This document shows positions 63,901 to 64,000 of a stretch of 64,000 bases of DNA, in pieces. Each line of letters starts with the position of its first letter. The stretch's first letter is position 1. This stretch comes from Rhodospirillales bacterium (GTDB lineage: Bacteria; Pseudomonadota; Alphaproteobacteria; BOG-932; Roseiterribacteraceae), in the NCBI GenBank assembly GCA_028291365.1, contig JAQGIE010000088.1, forward strand, positions 3,000 to 66,999, in the 5' to 3' direction. The translations under genes were made by a program, and so were the position numbers. Under the pieces are notes generated by a model. It was not told the DNA's origin, ran no database searches, and was given only the letters and a program-made list of their open reading frames with translations.

Positions 63901-64000
63901 GCGCCGCCGATCCGGTACGCACCCGGCATGTTATAGGCGACGCTGCCGCCGAGCTGGTCGAGGAACCACAGGCGCTGCTGCGCGAAGGACAGAACCGGCA
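60915..64000 (-). CDS. nonribosomal peptide synthetase, 5' end outside window; the visible part is one C-A-T module
   Basis: The ORF track begins at an internal Met (63929), but the frame stays open to the window edge. Bases 63930-64000 read ...[23 protein letters not shown], a C-domain N-terminus. It has [30 protein letters not shown] and FFDLGGHSL. The pocket reads DAFFLGVTFK (branched aliphatic, Ile/Val-like). Its stop shares one base with the start of the next NRPS gene. Confidence 0.95.
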   Translation of the reverse strand, partial: PVLSFAQQRLWFLDQLGGSVAYNMPGAYRIGGALDVGALQAAFDALVARHAVLRTTYPRRDGSPSVQVEAPRAMALALRACREDEIRTLADEDALRPFDLAQDWPIRAVLLRVTPTHHVLLLTLHHIAGDGWSVELLLRELADLYRGDALPPLKVQYADYAAWQRGWLTSARTEPQLDYWRKALAGLPPSLDLPTDRARPRLQRHHGATHRFTIPAPLTARLRALGQAHDATLFMTLLAGYGALLSRYAGQDDFAIGTPMANRSDVTLEGLIGFFTNTLTLRADLSGDPDTATLLRRTRQRTLDGFAHQDVPFEQIVDALQPERSLQHAPLFQTMFTLQDTEWPSLQLDGLEVASFDLPTATATFDLNLSIWVERDALTALIHYDTDLFDAVTIARLARHFCTLLDVMAAQPSRPVASLPLLTETELQEFERWNATATPYPQATIHELVAQQAARTPAAIAIEHGDVRIDYAALERGANAIAAQLAAACVRSGDLVGLRLERGALLIQSMLAILKTGAAYLPLDAAYPAQRIAAMVEDSGIRVVLTDRPTALPGALTRLMPDPHATAGFVAATEAPRAYVMYTSGSTGTPKGIAIPHRGVVRLVCNTDYVQLDHARIAHVSNTSFDAATFEIWGALIHGGTVVVFERDETLAPAIFAAALAQRRIDAMFITTALFNQMAREAPGCFAPVGDVLFGGEAVDPGAVRSVLAQGAPKRLLHVYGPTESTTFATWHLIEQVDAEARTVPIGRPVANTTAHILDAQRLPVPLGVAGDLWLGGDGLAEGYWKRADLTAERFVEIAGERLYFTGDRARRLVDGSIEYLARSDDQVKLRGFRIELGEIEAVLAAQPGIAACAVLAREDVPGDKRLVAYIVGDASDDALRSGLRVALPDYMVPAQFVRLDALPITPNGKVDRRALPAPSAEAAVADAHVAPRDGTEQQLAEIWSELLQRTPIGVHDNFFDLGGHSLLATQLVSRIRDRFRAELPLKTLFEQPTIAQLAPLLLQDSAARPALPGIRARARTPHRITP

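Overview
Very GC-rich chromosomal DNA from a Gram-negative, proteobacterial-type organism, judged from the TonB-dependent receptor, autotransporter, PEP-CTERM proteins and outer-membrane barrels. I call about 55 protein-coding genes. I saw no rRNA, tRNA or CRISPR array.

Gene order, left to right:
- 1-7.5 kb: secreted acetamidase (partial), NhaP-type Na+/H+ antiporter, lipoprotein, a membrane protein with a transposase-derived (DUF4096-like) N-terminal domain whose gene carries a dense GTCCGC motif array, pyruvate oxidase poxB, DUF1275 protein.
- 7.6-12.4 kb: HlyD / fused double ABC-2 permease / HlyD / small membrane protein operon with no ATPase.
- 12.5 kb: a decayed copy of the poxB 3' end.
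- 12.6-17.1 kb: AraC regulator, then isochorismatase, XapX, amidohydrolase and DoxX.
- 17.2-18.6 kb: alginate-export-type porin.
- 18.7-29.1 kb: two small orphan ORFs, then a GntR-controlled acyl-CoA dehydrogenase / two family III CoA-transferases / branched-chain-amino-acid-type ABC importer cluster.
- 29.4-31.2 kb: YCII protein and sigma factor, split by REP-like hairpins.
- 31.5-38.0 kb: Lrp regulator, TonB receptor, serine hydrolase, dipeptide epimerase, XRE-cupin regulator.
- 38.1-47.1 kb: second XRE-cupin regulator, O-methyltransferase, two PEP-CTERM proteins, PHB-depolymerase-type esterase, an inverted paralogue of the porin, M28 peptidase, small ORF, secreted cupin.
- 47.1-64 kb, almost all minus strand: carbamoyltransferase, small membrane protein and ParA-like ATPase (overlapping operon), a divergent outer-membrane barrel, a GDSL autotransporter, an MbtH-like protein, and the last three modules (C-A-T / C-A-T-C-A-T-TE) of a nonribosomal peptide synthetase that continues past the right edge.

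The most noteworthy items are the ParA / partner / carbamoyltransferase operon beside the NRPS, the NRPS terminus itself, the DUF4096-derived membrane protein with its three-frame GTCCGC array, the ATPase-less HlyD/ABC-2 operon, the poxB 3' relic, and the inverted porin paralogues bracketing 24.6 kb.

Long antisense or alternative-frame ORFs in the track are GC-driven artefacts.
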